Positions 42,119 to 52,377 are shown, counted from the first letter of the stretch. The stretch: 64,000 nt of DNA from an uncultured Thermoleophilia bacterium (GCA_963728095.1 CAVSIO010000002.1:405338-469337); one strand, 5' to 3'. Translations and numbers: made by a program. Notes: a model not told the origin generated them from the sequence alone.

Positions 42119-42314
42119 GCCCGCGTCATGCCGCTTGCCCGCGGGCGCCGGCGGAGGCGCCGAGCCCGGCGGCGCGTAGGAGCGCCCGCCGACCCGACGC
42201 GCCCGGGGTTCGTTCGGTGCGCGAGCGGGCAGGATCAGGCCGAAGCACGTCTCGGAGCCGTCCCCGTGACGTGACGACCAACCGATGCGAGCGAGACGTC
42301 GCCCAGCGCGCACA

Positions 42315-45214
42315 ATGTCCGCCCGCGAGCCTGTCGGGCTCTCCTACGTCTACCTCGGCCTCGGCGCGATCGCCGTCGCGGCGTACCACTTCGTCGGGCC
42401 CGCCCCTCAGACGATCGTCTGGGACGCGCTCGGCTACAGCGCGGTCGCGGCGATCGTCGGCGCCACGCTTCGCCGGCGGCCGACGGTGGCGGCCGCCTGG
42501 TATCTGTTCGCCGCCGCCGTCTTCTGCAACGTCACGGGCGACGCGATCGACGGCGCCTATGCCCAGGTCACCGGCCGCGAGGTTCCGCTGCCGTACTACT
42601 CGGACGTCTTCTCCATCGCGAGCTACGTCCTGCTCGTCGCGGGCGTGGTCGGCTTGGCGAGGGAGGTCGGTCACGGCCTGTCCTTCCCCGACCTGGCCGA
42701 GGCGGGAGTCTACGCGGCCGGTGTCGCGCTGCTCGCGTGGGATCCCCTCGTGGGCGACCTCGGGCACCAGGCCGGCGTCACGACGCTCGGGCACGCCGTG
42801 CTCCTCACGCACCCGGCCGGCGACGTCCTCGTCCTCGCCGTCCTCGGTCTCCTCGCCGCCGCCGGCGGGTGGCGACACGCATGGGTCCGGCTGCTCGCAG
42901 CCGGGCTCGTCTCGTTCCTCGTGGCCGACGTCCTCCACGCGACGGCCTTCGCCTCCTACTCGCGCGGCTCCGCCGTCGACACCGGCTGGCTCTGCGCCTA
43001 CGTGCTCTTCGGAGCGGCTGCGCTCCAGCCGCACCGTCGCGCTGTCGAGCGGGGTGGGGAGCGCCCCCTGTACGCCGGCTGGAGGCGCGCCGGCCTGGTC
43101 GCGGCGATCCTCGCCGCGATCGGCCTGATCTTCGAGGACGCCGCCACCGGCGAGACCCTGACGTGGGCGGAAGCCGGGCTCACCGCAACCCTGATCGGGC
43201 TCGTCGTGCTGCGGCTCGTGATGGGCATGCGCGACTTCGAGCGCGCGAACGAGACCGAGCGCGCCGCGCGGAGCGCGCTCGAGCAGTCGCACCTCGAGCT
43301 CGCGGCGGCGGAGGAGCGCTTCCGCTCGCTCGCCGAGAACGCGACCGACGTCATTCTCCGCCGGCCGCCGAACCTCGACGATCCCTACGACTACGTGAGC
43401 CCGGCGATTTTCCCGATGACGGGGTACACCCCTCAGGAGCTCTGCACCACGCCCGGCATCCTGCGCACGATCGTCCATCCAGACGACATCCCGCTCCTCG
43501 CCGGCCTCGCGAACACGGAAGTCCTCGCGTCGATCCTGATCCGGTGGATCCGAAAGGACGGGGGGACGGTCTGGACGGACGGACGCGGATCGCTCATCAC
43601 GGATGAGCACGGAGCGCCCACGGTGCAGGCGGTCGTCCGCGACGTCACGGAGCGCGTCCTCGCGGAGGAGGAGCTCCGCCGCAGCGGGGAGCGGTTCCGG
43701 AACGTCGTCGAGCAGTCGTTCGACGCCGTCTCGATCGTCGATGCGGAGGGCGTGTTCCGCTTCCAGAACCGGGCGCTCACGACGCTTCTCGGCTACGAGG
43801 TGGACGATGTCCTCGGCACGAGCGCTTCGACCTCGTGCATCCGGACGACGTCCAGTTGCTGGCCGCCAGCCTCGCGAGCGTCCTTGCGGCTCCGGACGGA
43901 CAGGTGCAGACCACGTTCCGCATGCGTCACAGCGATGGGAGCTGGCGCACGATGGAGGGGATCGGCCAGAACCTCCTCGGCGTTCCCGGCCTCGACGGCA
44001 TCCTCGTCACGAGCCGCGACGTCACCGAGCGTCAGCTCGCCGACGAACGCCTGCGTGCGAGCGAGGAGCGCTTCCGGACCGCGTTCGACAACGCGCCGAT
44101 CGGGGTCGCCACGATGACGCTCGACGGCGCCTTCGAGTCGGTCAACCCGGCGCTCGCAACGCTTCTGGGGCTCGAGTCGAGCGAGCTCGAGGGACGGCGC
44201 ATAACGGAGTTCGTCCCGGACGCGGACCTGGCAGAGGTCGCCGCGAGACTCCAGCACGTGATCGAGACGGGCGAGCCGCTGGTCGGCCTCGAGAGCCGAG
44301 CGCTCACGGCCCGGGCCGAGGAGATCTCGCTCCTGGTCAGCGCCGCGCTCATCCACGACGCGGCCGAAGCGCCGAGCCTCATCCTCGTCGAGGTGCTCGA
44401 CGTCACGGCGAGCAAGCGAGCCGAGACCGAGCGGGAGCAGGCCTTCGAGCTCGTGAACACGCAGAACGCGCTGCTGGCCGAGGCGGACAGGCTGAAGGAC
44501 GAGCTCATCTCCGTCGTCTCGCACGACCTGCGCACGCCGCTCACGTCGATCATGGGCTACCTCGAGCTCGTCATGACCGAGGAGTCCGGTGCGCTCAACG
44601 ACGAGCAGCGGCAGTTCCTCGAGGTCGTCCGGAGAAATGCCGACCGCCTGCTCGCGCTCGTGAACGACCTCCTGTTCATCTCGAGAACCGAGCAGGGGGC
44701 GGTGGCGCTCGATCTGACGGAGGTCGACCTGGCGGCCGTGGCCGTCGAGGCGATCGAAGCGCTCGAGCCGCAGGCCGCCGAGAGCGAGGTCGAGCTGATC
44801 CTGAGGGCAGAGGCGATTCCCACCGCCCTCGCCGACCGTGCGCGCATGGCCGACGTGCTCGCGAACCTGCTCACGAATGCCTTGAAGTTCACCGCCGCGG
44901 GCGGAACGGTCGAGACCAGGCTCACCTCGACGGCCACGCACGTGGTGCTCGAGGTGGCCGACAGCGGCGTCGGGATCGCGGAAGCCGACCAGCAGCACCT
45001 GTTCCAGCGCTTCTTCCGGAGCGCCCGCACCCAGGCGACGCCGGGGATCGGGCTGGGGCTCTCGATCGTCAAGGCGATCGTCGACGCCCACGGCGGGGAC
45101 ATCTCGCTGACGAGCCGCGTGAACGAGGGGACGACGTTCCGGGTGGAGATCCCGCTGGTGCCGCCCGCCCCCGGCGAGAGCCCGGAGCCGGTGGGTGCGG
45201 CCGCGGGCGGCTAG
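42315..45214 (+). CDS. Membrane-bound multi-PAS sensor histidine kinase, one frame break near 43825
   Basis: ATG at 42315. N-terminal region of about 8 TM. PAS repeats: EERFRSLAENATDVI, GERFRNVVEQSFDAV, EERFRTAFDNAPIGV. H-box: VVSHDLRTPLTSI. N-box: LANLLTNALKF. G-boxes: DSGVGI and GIGLGLSIV. Confidence 0.88.
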
Positions 45215-45221
45215 AGGCGAG

Positions 45222-45245
45222 GAATCGGCCCGCCTGGACTCGAAC
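45222..45245 (-). repeat. Displaced copy of the 3' end (acceptor + T arm) of tRNA-Met: att-like repeat
   Basis: See the islet feature. The match covers the 3'-terminal ~21 nt of the tRNA plus 3 nt of flank. Confidence 0.6.
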
Positions 45246-45371
45246 ATCCCCGCAAATAGGCGTCTTCTTGCGCTCGTGGGGCGCCGCTGGGGTACGCCAC
45301 GCACGCGCACGGTTCACGAAGGAAGCGGTTGGGCGCCTGCGAGCAACCTGTGCGGCCCTAGACCGATCCGC

Positions 45372-45565
45372 TCAGCGTGAGCCTGTCGGTGGCGGAATCC
45401 CGAGGTCGGCGCAGATCTTCCGGGCAAGGCGAAAGTCGATCTCTCGGTGGCGCGGGACGGCCGTCGAACCCTCCGCGTCAAAGCCCCAGAAGCTGTGGTT
45501 GCGCCCTCGCGGAGCAGTCGTACGCCGTGGCTCCGGAGGTGACGCTCGAGATCGCGGCGCTTCAC
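45372..45565 (-). CDS. hicA: HicA-family mRNA interferase toxin, one missing base (194 nt)
   Basis: GTG at 45565. VKRRDLERHLRSHGVRLLREG, then (frame shift) NHSFWGFDAEGSTAVPRHREIDFRLARKICADLGIPPP, ending at TGA 45372-45374. Confidence 0.75.
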
Positions 45566-45792
45566 GCGCCGATGAACAGCTCGAGCGGCTCGCTGTCGGT
45601 CGCTTCGCTCACCTCGGGATGCCCGCCGAAGCGGAGCTCGAGGATCCCCCGGAGAGCGTCGATCACATTCGCCCGCGCCTCCTCGCGAGTGCGTCCCTGG
45701 CTGTGGACGCCGGACACTTCGGGGATCGAGGCGACCACCCAGCCTTCCTCGCCCTGTTCGTAAACGATCGTGACCTTGAGCGGATCGCTCAT
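45562..45792 (-). CDS. hicB: HicB-like antitoxin (short, UPF0150-type fold only)
   Basis: ATG at 45792. MSDPLKVTIVYEQGEEGWVVASIPEVSGVHSQGRTREEARANVIDALRGILE. Its stop overlaps the hicA start (GTGA). Confidence 0.75.
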   Translation of the reverse strand: MSDPLKVTIVYEQGEEGWVVASIPEVSGVHSQGRTREEARANVIDALRGILELRFGGHPEVSEATDSEPLELFIGA

Positions 45793-45973
45793 CGAGGACA
45801 CCGTAGCGGAGCGCGTGGCTCCCGTCTCACGCCGCAGCGAGTTGGTACGTCGACGAACCAGGCGGCCAAGCCTTACCGGGCCGGCGGGTAGCACCCCTGA
45901 ACGGCCGGGCTGGGAACCTCCGGCCATGCGACAGGCGTACTCTCTTCGTGACGATCACGTCGACTCGGCGGAT

Positions 45974-47206
45974 ATGAAGCGCCTGCTGTTCTTGACGGCC
46001 CTGCTGCTTGTCCTACCTGGGGCGACGGGTGCGACCGCACGCTCTTCGACCACCACGGCGCGGCAACCGCTGTTGGCAACCCGCGACGGCACGACGGCCT
46101 CGCGGCTCTTCTACGCCGATCCGGTCTCGCTCCAGCCCATTCCTGCAAGATCGCTCCATCTCGATTTCCATTGGGGCGACTTCCTCCGCTCGCCGAACGG
46201 TTCGTTACTCGCCCTGAGTCGCAACGACGCGCCCGAGTTGCGCTTCGTCCGCCTTCACGGACTGCGGTTCGCGGGAGCGATGTCGTTCACGGAGGGACAG
46301 TTCGTCCGTCTGGTGTCCTGGCCCTCACCGCATCTGCTCCTCGCGCTCGTTGACTCCTCGCAGGTGCTGGCGATCGACCCGACCGCCCGGAAGGTGCTCT
46401 GGCGGCGCTCGATCGACGGCTCCGTGATCGACATCCAGCCAGCGCCCGGCGGCGTCGTCGCACTTGCCGCGCCGGCCGCCAGAATCGGTCCATCCAGGAT
46501 CGTCGTGCTCGGAACGGACGGCTCGCGGCGGTCCGTCTTGCTCGAACGGGTGCTTGCAGGCTTCCATCGCAACCAGAGCTGGCAGGACTTCACAGGCACG
46601 ATACGCACCCCGGGACTCGCAGTCGACGCCGGTGGCAAGCGCGCCTACGTGGTTGGGGCGAGCGAGCCGGTCGCGCAGATCGACTTCGCCTCGATGCGCG
46701 TCAGCTACCACGGAGGCGACCGAGGACTGGCAAAGGCGGCGCGCGGACCGCGACGACAGGCGACCTGGCTCGGCAACGGACTGCTCGCCGTCAGCGGCAC
46801 CGACTCGAGCATCAGCACCGACGTGCAGTCGAAGGTCCAGGAAAGCATCACCCCGAGCGGGTTGGTGTTGATCAACACGCGCACCTGGACGAGTCGGAGC
46901 GTGCAACGGAACGCGGACACGGCGACAACCGTGGACCGCCTGCTGCTCGCCTATCGCTCGGGCTACGACTCGGGCACCAACGCTCGCGTCGGCTCAGGCC
47001 TCACCATCTACCGACTCGATGGAAGGCCCTTCGCCCACATCCTCGGCCGCACGCCCATCTCTCGGGTTCAGGTCCAGGGCGGTCTCGCCTACGCGTGGCT
47101 GACCAGGGGAAGTGGACCGTCCGACCAGGTGGCTGTCGTCGATCTCCGCTCCGGCCGGATCCTCGCTAGGGAGACCCGCTCGATCGTGCTGCTCACCGGC
47201 TCCTGA
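45974..47206 (+). CDS. Secreted hypothetical protein (410 aa), lower GC than the surroundings
   Basis: ATG at 45974. Signal MKRLLFLTALLLVLPGATGATA. Repeats of the type VLAIDPTARKVLWRRSIDG suggest a beta-propeller-like fold. Uninterrupted. Confidence 0.65.
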   Translation: MKRLLFLTALLLVLPGATGATARSSTTTARQPLLATRDGTTASRLFYADPVSLQPIPARSLHLDFHWGDFLRSPNGSLLALSRNDAPELRFVRLHGLRFAGAMSFTEGQFVRLVSWPSPHLLLALVDSSQVLAIDPTARKVLWRRSIDGSVIDIQPAPGGVVALAAPAARIGPSRIVVLGTDGSRRSVLLERVLAGFHRNQSWQDFTGTIRTPGLAVDAGGKRAYVVGASEPVAQIDFASMRVSYHGGDRGLAKAARGPRRQATWLGNGLLAVSGTDSSISTDVQSKVQESITPSGLVLINTRTWTSRSVQRNADTATTVDRLLLAYRSGYDSGTNARVGSGLTIYRLDGRPFAHILGRTPISRVQVQGGLAYAWLTRGSGPSDQVAVVDLRSGRILARETRSIVLLTGS

Positions 47207-47356
47207 GGCGCGCTCTCGCCGCGCCCCTCTGGCGATCGGCCGAGCGGCCCGTTTCCGTGTGGACAACGATGGGTGCACGCCGCGCACAACGGCGATCCCC
47301 GCGGCACACTCGTCCCGCTCAACCATGCGATTTCCGCTCCGGGCGGCGGTGTCGAA

Positions 47357-47430
47357 TGGGCCCGCCTGGATTCGAACCAGGGACCAAGGGATTATGAGTC
47401 CCCTGCTCTGACCAGCTGAGCTACGGGCCC
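47357..47430 (-). tRNA. tRNA with anticodon CAU (Met; lysidine-modified Ile2 not excluded)
   Basis: Cloverleaf read by hand: GGGCCCG-TA-GCTC-AGCTGGTCA-GAGC-A-GGGGA-CTCATAA-TCCCT-TGGTC-CCTGG-TTCGAAT-CCAGG-CGGGCCC-A. CCA is not encoded. Confidence 0.9.
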
Positions 47431-47565
47431 GCTCGGACGGAGCGTACCGTGGCCGCAGGCGCGGATCAGGGTCTCCTGAGGGAGGGGCTTCCACGGTTGC
47501 GCCGGCGGCGGCATCGGCAACAATAGGGCGGTTCCCTGGAGCAAACGAGCGAGGTGGGCGGCGAG

Positions 47566-48018
47566 ATGAAGGTCTTTCAGCGCGAGACACGGTTGCGCAC
47601 CGCGGGCGGGCTGACGGTCACGGACATCACCGAGGAGGTCGTCGAGGCCGTCCGCGAGAGCGGCGTGACCGAGGGGATCGCGTGTGTCTACTCGCCCCAC
47701 ACGACCTGCTGCGTCCGCGTGAACGAGTTCGAGACCGGCTTCCTCGAGGACTTCGCGGAGCTGCTGCGCAGGCTCGTCCCGAGCGAGGGCTACTACGCGC
47801 ACGACGACTGGGACCGGCGTACCGAGAACATCTGCCCCGAGGACATGGACCAGGGCAACGGCCACTCGCACTGCATGGCGATGCTGCTCGGCACCGCCGG
47901 CGAGTCGGTCCCGGTGCGCGACGGCGAGCTCCAGCTCGGCACCTGGCAGCGCGTCCTCTTCATCGAGCTCGACCGCGAGCGCGACCGGCGCTGGCTCGTC
48001 CAGGTCGTCGGGAACTGA
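47566..48018 (+). CDS. YjbQ/UPF0047 family protein (secondary thiamine-phosphate synthase-like), intact
   Basis: MKVFQRETRLRTAGGLTVTDITEEV...ACVYSPHTTCCVRVNE...HSHCMAMLLG...LGTWQRVLFIELD. Alternative GTG start at 47554. Confidence 0.85.
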   Translation: MKVFQRETRLRTAGGLTVTDITEEVVEAVRESGVTEGIACVYSPHTTCCVRVNEFETGFLEDFAELLRRLVPSEGYYAHDDWDRRTENICPEDMDQGNGHSHCMAMLLGTAGESVPVRDGELQLGTWQRVLFIELDRERDRRWLVQVVGN

Positions 48019-48026
48019 GCTCGATT

Positions 48027-48056
48027 GCGCGAGCCTTCGAAGGCTCGCGCTGTTTC
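48027..48056 (+). terminator. Rho-independent terminator after the yjbQ-like gene
   Basis: GCGCGAGCC-TTCGAA-GGCTCGCGC followed by TGTTTCC. Confidence 0.6.
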
Positions 48057-48167
48057 CGTCGCACCGCTTCGCGTCGGCGCGTGAGCCGCTTCGCGGCACA
48101 CGTACCGCCGCTGTGCTTTCCTGCTCGGAAACGGCGTCCGGAAGTGACGGCTGGGCGAACGCAAACC

Positions 48168-48209
48168 GCTCTGGCCCGCGCCCGAGCGTGGTCGGGCGCG
48201 GGCCAGAGC
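48168..48209 (-). terminator. Long hairpin (18-bp stem) immediately downstream of the SDR gene that ends the gamma-glutamyl operon
   Basis: GCTCTGGCCCGCGCCCGA-GCGTGG-TCGGGCGCGGGCCAGAGC. It lies 5 nt after the stop at 48214. Confidence 0.55.
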
Positions 48210-48213
48210 GGGC

Positions 48214-48981
48214 CTACTCGGGCGTCACGTACGCCGCGGTCAACCCGCCGTCCACCACGAACGTCGCCGCGTTGACGTAGCTCGACTCGTCGCTCGCGAG
48301 GAACAGCGCGGCGTTGACGATCTCCCGCGGCTTCGCCATCCGGCCCATCGGCACGTGGACGAGGCGGCGCTCTGCGGCGCCCGGCGTCTCGCTCCAGATC
48401 CGCAGCAGCAGCGGCGTCTCGACCGGGCCCGGGCAGAGCGCGTTCACGCGCACGCCCTGGCGCGCGAACTGGACGCCGAGCTCCTTCGAGAGCGAGAGCA
48501 CGGCGCCCTTCGAGGCCGTGTACGAGATCTGCGAGGTCGCCGCGCCGACGAGCGCCACGAACGAGGCGACGTTGATCACCGAGCCGCCGCCGCGCTCGAG
48601 CAGGTACGGGATCCCGTGCTTGCAGCAGAGGTAGACGCCGCGCGTGTTCACCGCCTGGACGCGCTCCCAGGCGTCGAGCTCCGTGTCGAGGATCGACGCG
48701 TCGTCGGCGGGCGAGATGCCGGCGTTGTTGTAGAGCACGTCGATCCCGCCGAGCTCCCGCGCGGCCGCGGCGTACATCGCCTGCACCGACTCCTCGTCGG
48801 CGACGTCGACCTGCACGGCGAGGCCTCCCACCGCGTCGGCGACCTTCCGCGCCGCGTCGCCGTCCACGTCGGCCACGCAGACCTTCGCCCCCTCGTTCGC
48901 GAACACCTCGGCCGCCTCGGCGCCCATGCCGCCGCCGGCGCCGGTGATCACGCAGACCTTGCCGTCCAGACGACCCGCCAC
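48214..48981 (-). CDS. SDR family oxidoreductase (3-oxoacyl-ACP reductase-like), intact
   Basis: GTG at 48981. GKVCVITGAGGGMGAE, NNAG, catalytic YTASKGAV, PGPVETP. Confidence 0.9.
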   Translation of the reverse strand: MAGRLDGKVCVITGAGGGMGAEAAEVFANEGAKVCVADVDGDAARKVADAVGGLAVQVDVADEESVQAMYAAAARELGGIDVLYNNAGISPADDASILDTELDAWERVQAVNTRGVYLCCKHGIPYLLERGGGSVINVASFVALVGAATSQISYTASKGAVLSLSKELGVQFARQGVRVNALCPGPVETPLLLRIWSETPGAAERRLVHVPMGRMAKPREIVNAALFLASDESSYVNAATFVVDGGLTAAYVTPE

Positions 48982-48982
48982 C

Positions 48983-50333
48983 TCAGCCCTCCGTGGAGTA
49001 GAAGACGTTTTTCACCTCGCTGTAGCCCGCGAGCGCGTGCATGCCGAGCTCGCGGCCGAAGCCGCTCTGCTTGAAGCCGCCGAACGGCGTCGACGGGCGC
49101 ACCGACGAGTTGGAGTTGATCGAGAGCACGCCCGTCTCGATCGCGCGGGCGACCCGCAGCGCGCGGGCGCCGTTCTCGCGTCCAGATCGAGCCGGAGAGC
49201 CCGTAGTCGGAGTCGTTCGCGATCCGGATCGCGTCGGCCTCGTCCTCGAACGGGATCAGCGCCGCGACCGGGCCGAAGACCTCGTCGCGCGCGATCCGGT
49301 CCGCGGGCCGCGCCTCGACGAGCGTGCACGGGTACCAGAACCCGGCGCCGCCGGGCGCGTCGCCGCGGAAGAGCGGCTCGCCCTCGACGAAGCCCGCCAC
49401 GGTCTCGCGGTGCGCCGCCGAGATCAGCGGCCCCATCTCGGTCGCCTCGTCGGACGGGTCGCCGACCGTGATGCGCCGCGTCGCCTCGACGAACAGCTCG
49501 GCGAAGCGGTCGTAGACCGGTCGTCTCGACGAGGATGCGCGAGCGCGCGCAGCAGTCCTGGCCCGCGTTGTCGAACACGGCGTACGGGGCCGCCGCGGCC
49601 GCCCGCTCGAGATCGGCGTCCGCGAAGACACGTTCGCCGACTTGCCGCCGAGCTCGAGCGTGACCCGCTTGATCGTGCCGGCGGCGCCGCGCATCACCTG
49701 CTGCCCGACCTCGGTCGAGCCGGTGAAGCCGATCTTCGCCACGTCGGGGTGCTCGATCAGGCGCTGGCCGACGACGGAGCCCTTGCCGACGACGACGTTG
49801 AGCACGCCCTCGGGGATCCCCGCCTCGAGCGCGAGCTCGGCGAGCCGCAGCGCCGAGAGCGGCGTCAGCTCCGCCGGCTTCAGCACGACGGAGTTCCCGC
49901 ACGCGAGCGCCGGCCCGAGCTTCCACGAGGCGATGTTGAGCGGGAAGTTCCAGGGCGTGATCAGCCCGACGACGCCGAGCGGCTCGCGGAAGGTCATGTC
50001 GACGCCGCCGGCGACGGGGATCGTCTCGCCGAGGTGCTTGTCCACCGCGCCCGCGTAGAAGTGGAAGACCTGCGCGACCATCCCGACCTCGCCGCGTGCG
50101 CCGCCGATCGGCTTGCCGACGTTCTGCGACTCGATCCGCGCCAGCTCTTCGGCGTGCTCCTCGACGAGCGTCGCCAGCCGCCGCAGCAGCCGGCCCCGGT
50201 CGGCCGGCGCGACCGCGCGCCAGGCCGGGTAGGCCGCCCGCGCCCGCGCGACCGCGGCGTCCGTCTCCTCCACGCCCGCCGACTCGAGCTCGGCGAGCAC
50301 CTCCTCCGTGGCCGGATTCACGACCGTCGTCAT
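48983..50333 (-). CDS. NAD-dependent aldehyde dehydrogenase, at least 3 frame breaks
   Basis: ATG at 50333 (MTTVVNPATEEVLAEL). ITPWNFPL; FTGSTEVG; LELGGKSANV. The Cys region NAGQDCCARSRILVE lies in the ORF 49012..50394 frame. The tail ...PFGGFKQSGFGRELG is read from the remaining frame. Confidence 0.88.
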
Positions 50334-51046
50334 CGACCCCGCTCCTCTCTGTAGCGCCGCGCCTCCTCGACGAGCGCCTCGAACAGCTTCGCATCCTCGC
50401 CGGCCTCGGGGTGCCAGAGCACGCCCAGCGCGAACCGCCGCGCCGGATCCTCGACCGCCTCGAGCGTGCCGTCGTCGGCCCACGCGACCTCGCGCAGGCC
50501 CTCGCCGACGCGGCCGAAGCCCTGGTGGTGGTGCGACTTCACCGGCGCCCGCCCGCCGAGCAGCGCGCCGAGCCGTGAGCCCTTCTCGACCCGCACGGGG
50601 TGCTCCGAGAAGACGCCGACGGTCTCCCGGTGCTCCTCGTGGCCCACGACCTCGGGCAGGTGCTGGACGAGGTCGCCGCCGCGGGCGACGTTCAGCACCT
50701 GCGAGCCGCGGCAGACCGCGAGGACGGGCATGTCCCGCGCGAGCGCGCCCTCGAGCAGCGCCAGCTCCGCGCGGTCGCGCTCGGGCTTCGTCCCGCTCGT
50801 CGCCGGGTGCGCCTCGGCGCCGTAGCTCTCCGGGTCGAGGTCGTTCCCGCCGGAGAGGAGCAGCCCGTCGAGCGCGTCGAGGGTCTCCTCCACCCCGTCC
50901 TCGCTCGGCGGCACGAGCAGCGGCCGGCCGCCGGCCCGCTCGAGCGCCTCGACGTACATGAGCGGGATCAGCGCCGCGTCGAGCCGCCAGTGGCCCCAGC
51001 TCGCCTCCTCGACGTAGGTCGTGATGCCGACGAGCGGACGGGTCAT
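50330..51046 (-). CDS. Gamma-glutamyl-gamma-aminobutyrate hydrolase family (peptidase C26, class I glutamine amidotransferase), intact
   Basis: ATG at 51046 (MTRPLVGITTYVEEA). LLLSGGNDLDP; catalytic VLAVCRGSQVLN; GVLWHPE. ATGA overlaps at both ends. Confidence 0.88.
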   Translation of the reverse strand: MTRPLVGITTYVEEASWGHWRLDAALIPLMYVEALERAGGRPLLVPPSEDGVEETLDALDGLLLSGGNDLDPESYGAEAHPATSGTKPERDRAELALLEGALARDMPVLAVCRGSQVLNVARGGDLVQHLPEVVGHEEHRETVGVFSEHPVRVEKGSRLGALLGGRAPVKSHHHQGFGRVGEGLREVAWADDGTLEAVEDPARRFALGVLWHPEAGEDAKLFEALVEEARRYREERGR

Positions 51047-52377
51047 CCGCGTTCGAACATGCGCTCGCGCTCGTAGCAGGTGACGGCCTCGTCGAAGAGC
51101 CGCTGCTCGGTGCGCCCGTAGTTGAGGTAGTGGTCGACGACCTCGTCGCCGAAGGCCGCGCGCGCCATCGTCCCCTGCTCGAGTCCTGCGATCGCGTCGC
51201 GGAGCGCGTGCGGGAACCGCTGCACGTCCGACTCGTACGCGTTGCCCTCGAACGGCGGCCCGAGCTCGAGCCCCTGCTCGATCCCGTAGAGGCCGGAGGC
51301 GAGCAGCGCGGCGAACGCGAGGTAGGGGTTCGCGTCGGCGCCCGGAATCCGCGTCTCGGCGCGCAGCGAGCTGCCCTTCCCGACGATCCGGAAGCCGCAG
51401 GTGCGGTTGTCGTAGCCCCAGGCGAGCGTCGTCGGCGCCCAGCTGCCGGCCGCGTAGCGCTTGTACGAGTTGATCGCCGGCGCGAAGAAGAGCGCCAGCT
51501 CGGCGGCGCAGGCGATCTGCCCGGCGACGAACTGCTTGAAGACGTCCGTCTCGCCCGCGAACGCCGACTCGCCGTCGCGCCACAGCGACGAGTGGATGTG
51601 GCACGAGGAGCCGACCCACGTGTGGTCGGGCTTCGCCATGAACGTGACCGACATCCCGCGCTGCTGCGCCATCGTCTTGAGGCCGGTCTTGTAGATGACG
51701 TGGTCGTCCGCGGTCTTGACCGCGTCGGCGTAGCGGAAGTTGATCTCGTGCTGGCCCGGCCACGCCTCGCCCTTCGAGGACTCGACGCGCATCCCGGCGG
51801 CGGCCATCGCGAGGCGGACGTCGCGCATGAACGGCTCGTCGTAGCTCGAGGCGAGGATGTGGTAGTCGAGGATGTACGGCACCGACGGCGTCAGGTCGCG
51901 GTAGTGCTTGGCGTGCGCCTCCTCGTAGCTCTCCCGGAGGAGGAAGAACTCGAGCTCGGAGCCGAACATCGCGTCGTAGCCGAGCGCGCGCGCCTTCTCG
52001 ACCTGCGCCTTCAGCACCTGCCGCGGCGAGGGGCCGACCGGCGAGCCGTCGTGCCAGACGACGTCGCAGAGGACGAGCACCGTCCCCTCGTGCCACGACA
52101 CCCGCCGCAGCGAGTCGAGGTCGGGCTCGAGCCCGAAGTCGCCGTAGCCGCGCTCCCAGCTCGCGATCGCGTAGCCGGGCACGGGATCCATCTCCATCTC
52201 GAGCGCGAGCAGGTAGTTGCAGCCCTCCACCTCGTGTCCCGCGTCGAGCTCCTCGAGGAAGAACTCCGCGTGCAGGCGCTTGCCCATCAGGCGCCCCTGC
52301 ATGTCGGTGAAGGCGGCGATCACGGTGTCGACCGCGCCGGTCTCGACGTCGGCGCGAAGCTCGTCGATGGTCAGCAT
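51043..52377 (-). CDS. Glutamine synthetase family protein (GlnA2/3/4-like gamma-glutamyl-amine synthetase), intact
   Basis: FGSELEFFLL; SKGEAWPGQHEINF; GSSCHIHSSLW; NSYKRY; RIPGADANPYLAFAALLASG. Confidence 0.9.
   Translation of the reverse strand: MLTIDELRADVETGAVDTVIAAFTDMQGRLMGKRLHAEFFLEELDAGHEVEGCNYLLALEMEMDPVPGYAIASWERGYGDFGLEPDLDSLRRVSWHEGTVLVLCDVVWHDGSPVGPSPRQVLKAQVEKARALGYDAMFGSELEFFLLRESYEEAHAKHYRDLTPSVPYILDYHILASSYDEPFMRDVRLAMAAAGMRVESSKGEAWPGQHEINFRYADAVKTADDHVIYKTGLKTMAQQRGMSVTFMAKPDHTWVGSSCHIHSSLWRDGESAFAGETDVFKQFVAGQIACAAELALFFAPAINSYKRYAAGSWAPTTLAWGYDNRTCGFRIVGKGSSLRAETRIPGADANPYLAFAALLASGLYGIEQGLELGPPFEGNAYESDVQRFPHALRDAIAGLEQGTMARAAFGDEVVDHYLNYGRTEQRLFDEAVTCYERERMFERG

Larger units (their letters stand above)
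45222..47377 (-). mobile_element. Putative tRNA-Met-associated genomic islet (integrase-less remnant) bounded by direct repeats of the tRNA 3' end
   Basis: GAATCGGCCCGCCTGGACTCGAAC (45222-45245) matches GAATGGGCCCGCCTGGATTCGAAC (47354-47377) at 22/24 positions in the same orientation. The interior carries hicB-hicA and a visibly lower-GC secreted-protein gene. Confidence 0.5.

Noticed and set aside
45372-45565. HicA toxin inactivated while the HicB antitoxin is intact (possible domesticated or orphan antitoxin)
   Set aside because: A single missing base in a window full of single-base breaks cannot be given a biological interpretation.
46994-48099. Minus-strand ORFs 46994..47590 and 47392..48099 overlapping the tRNA gene and the yjbQ-like gene
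   Set aside because: They overlap a well-folded tRNA and an intact conserved plus-strand gene, and their translations have no recognisable features.
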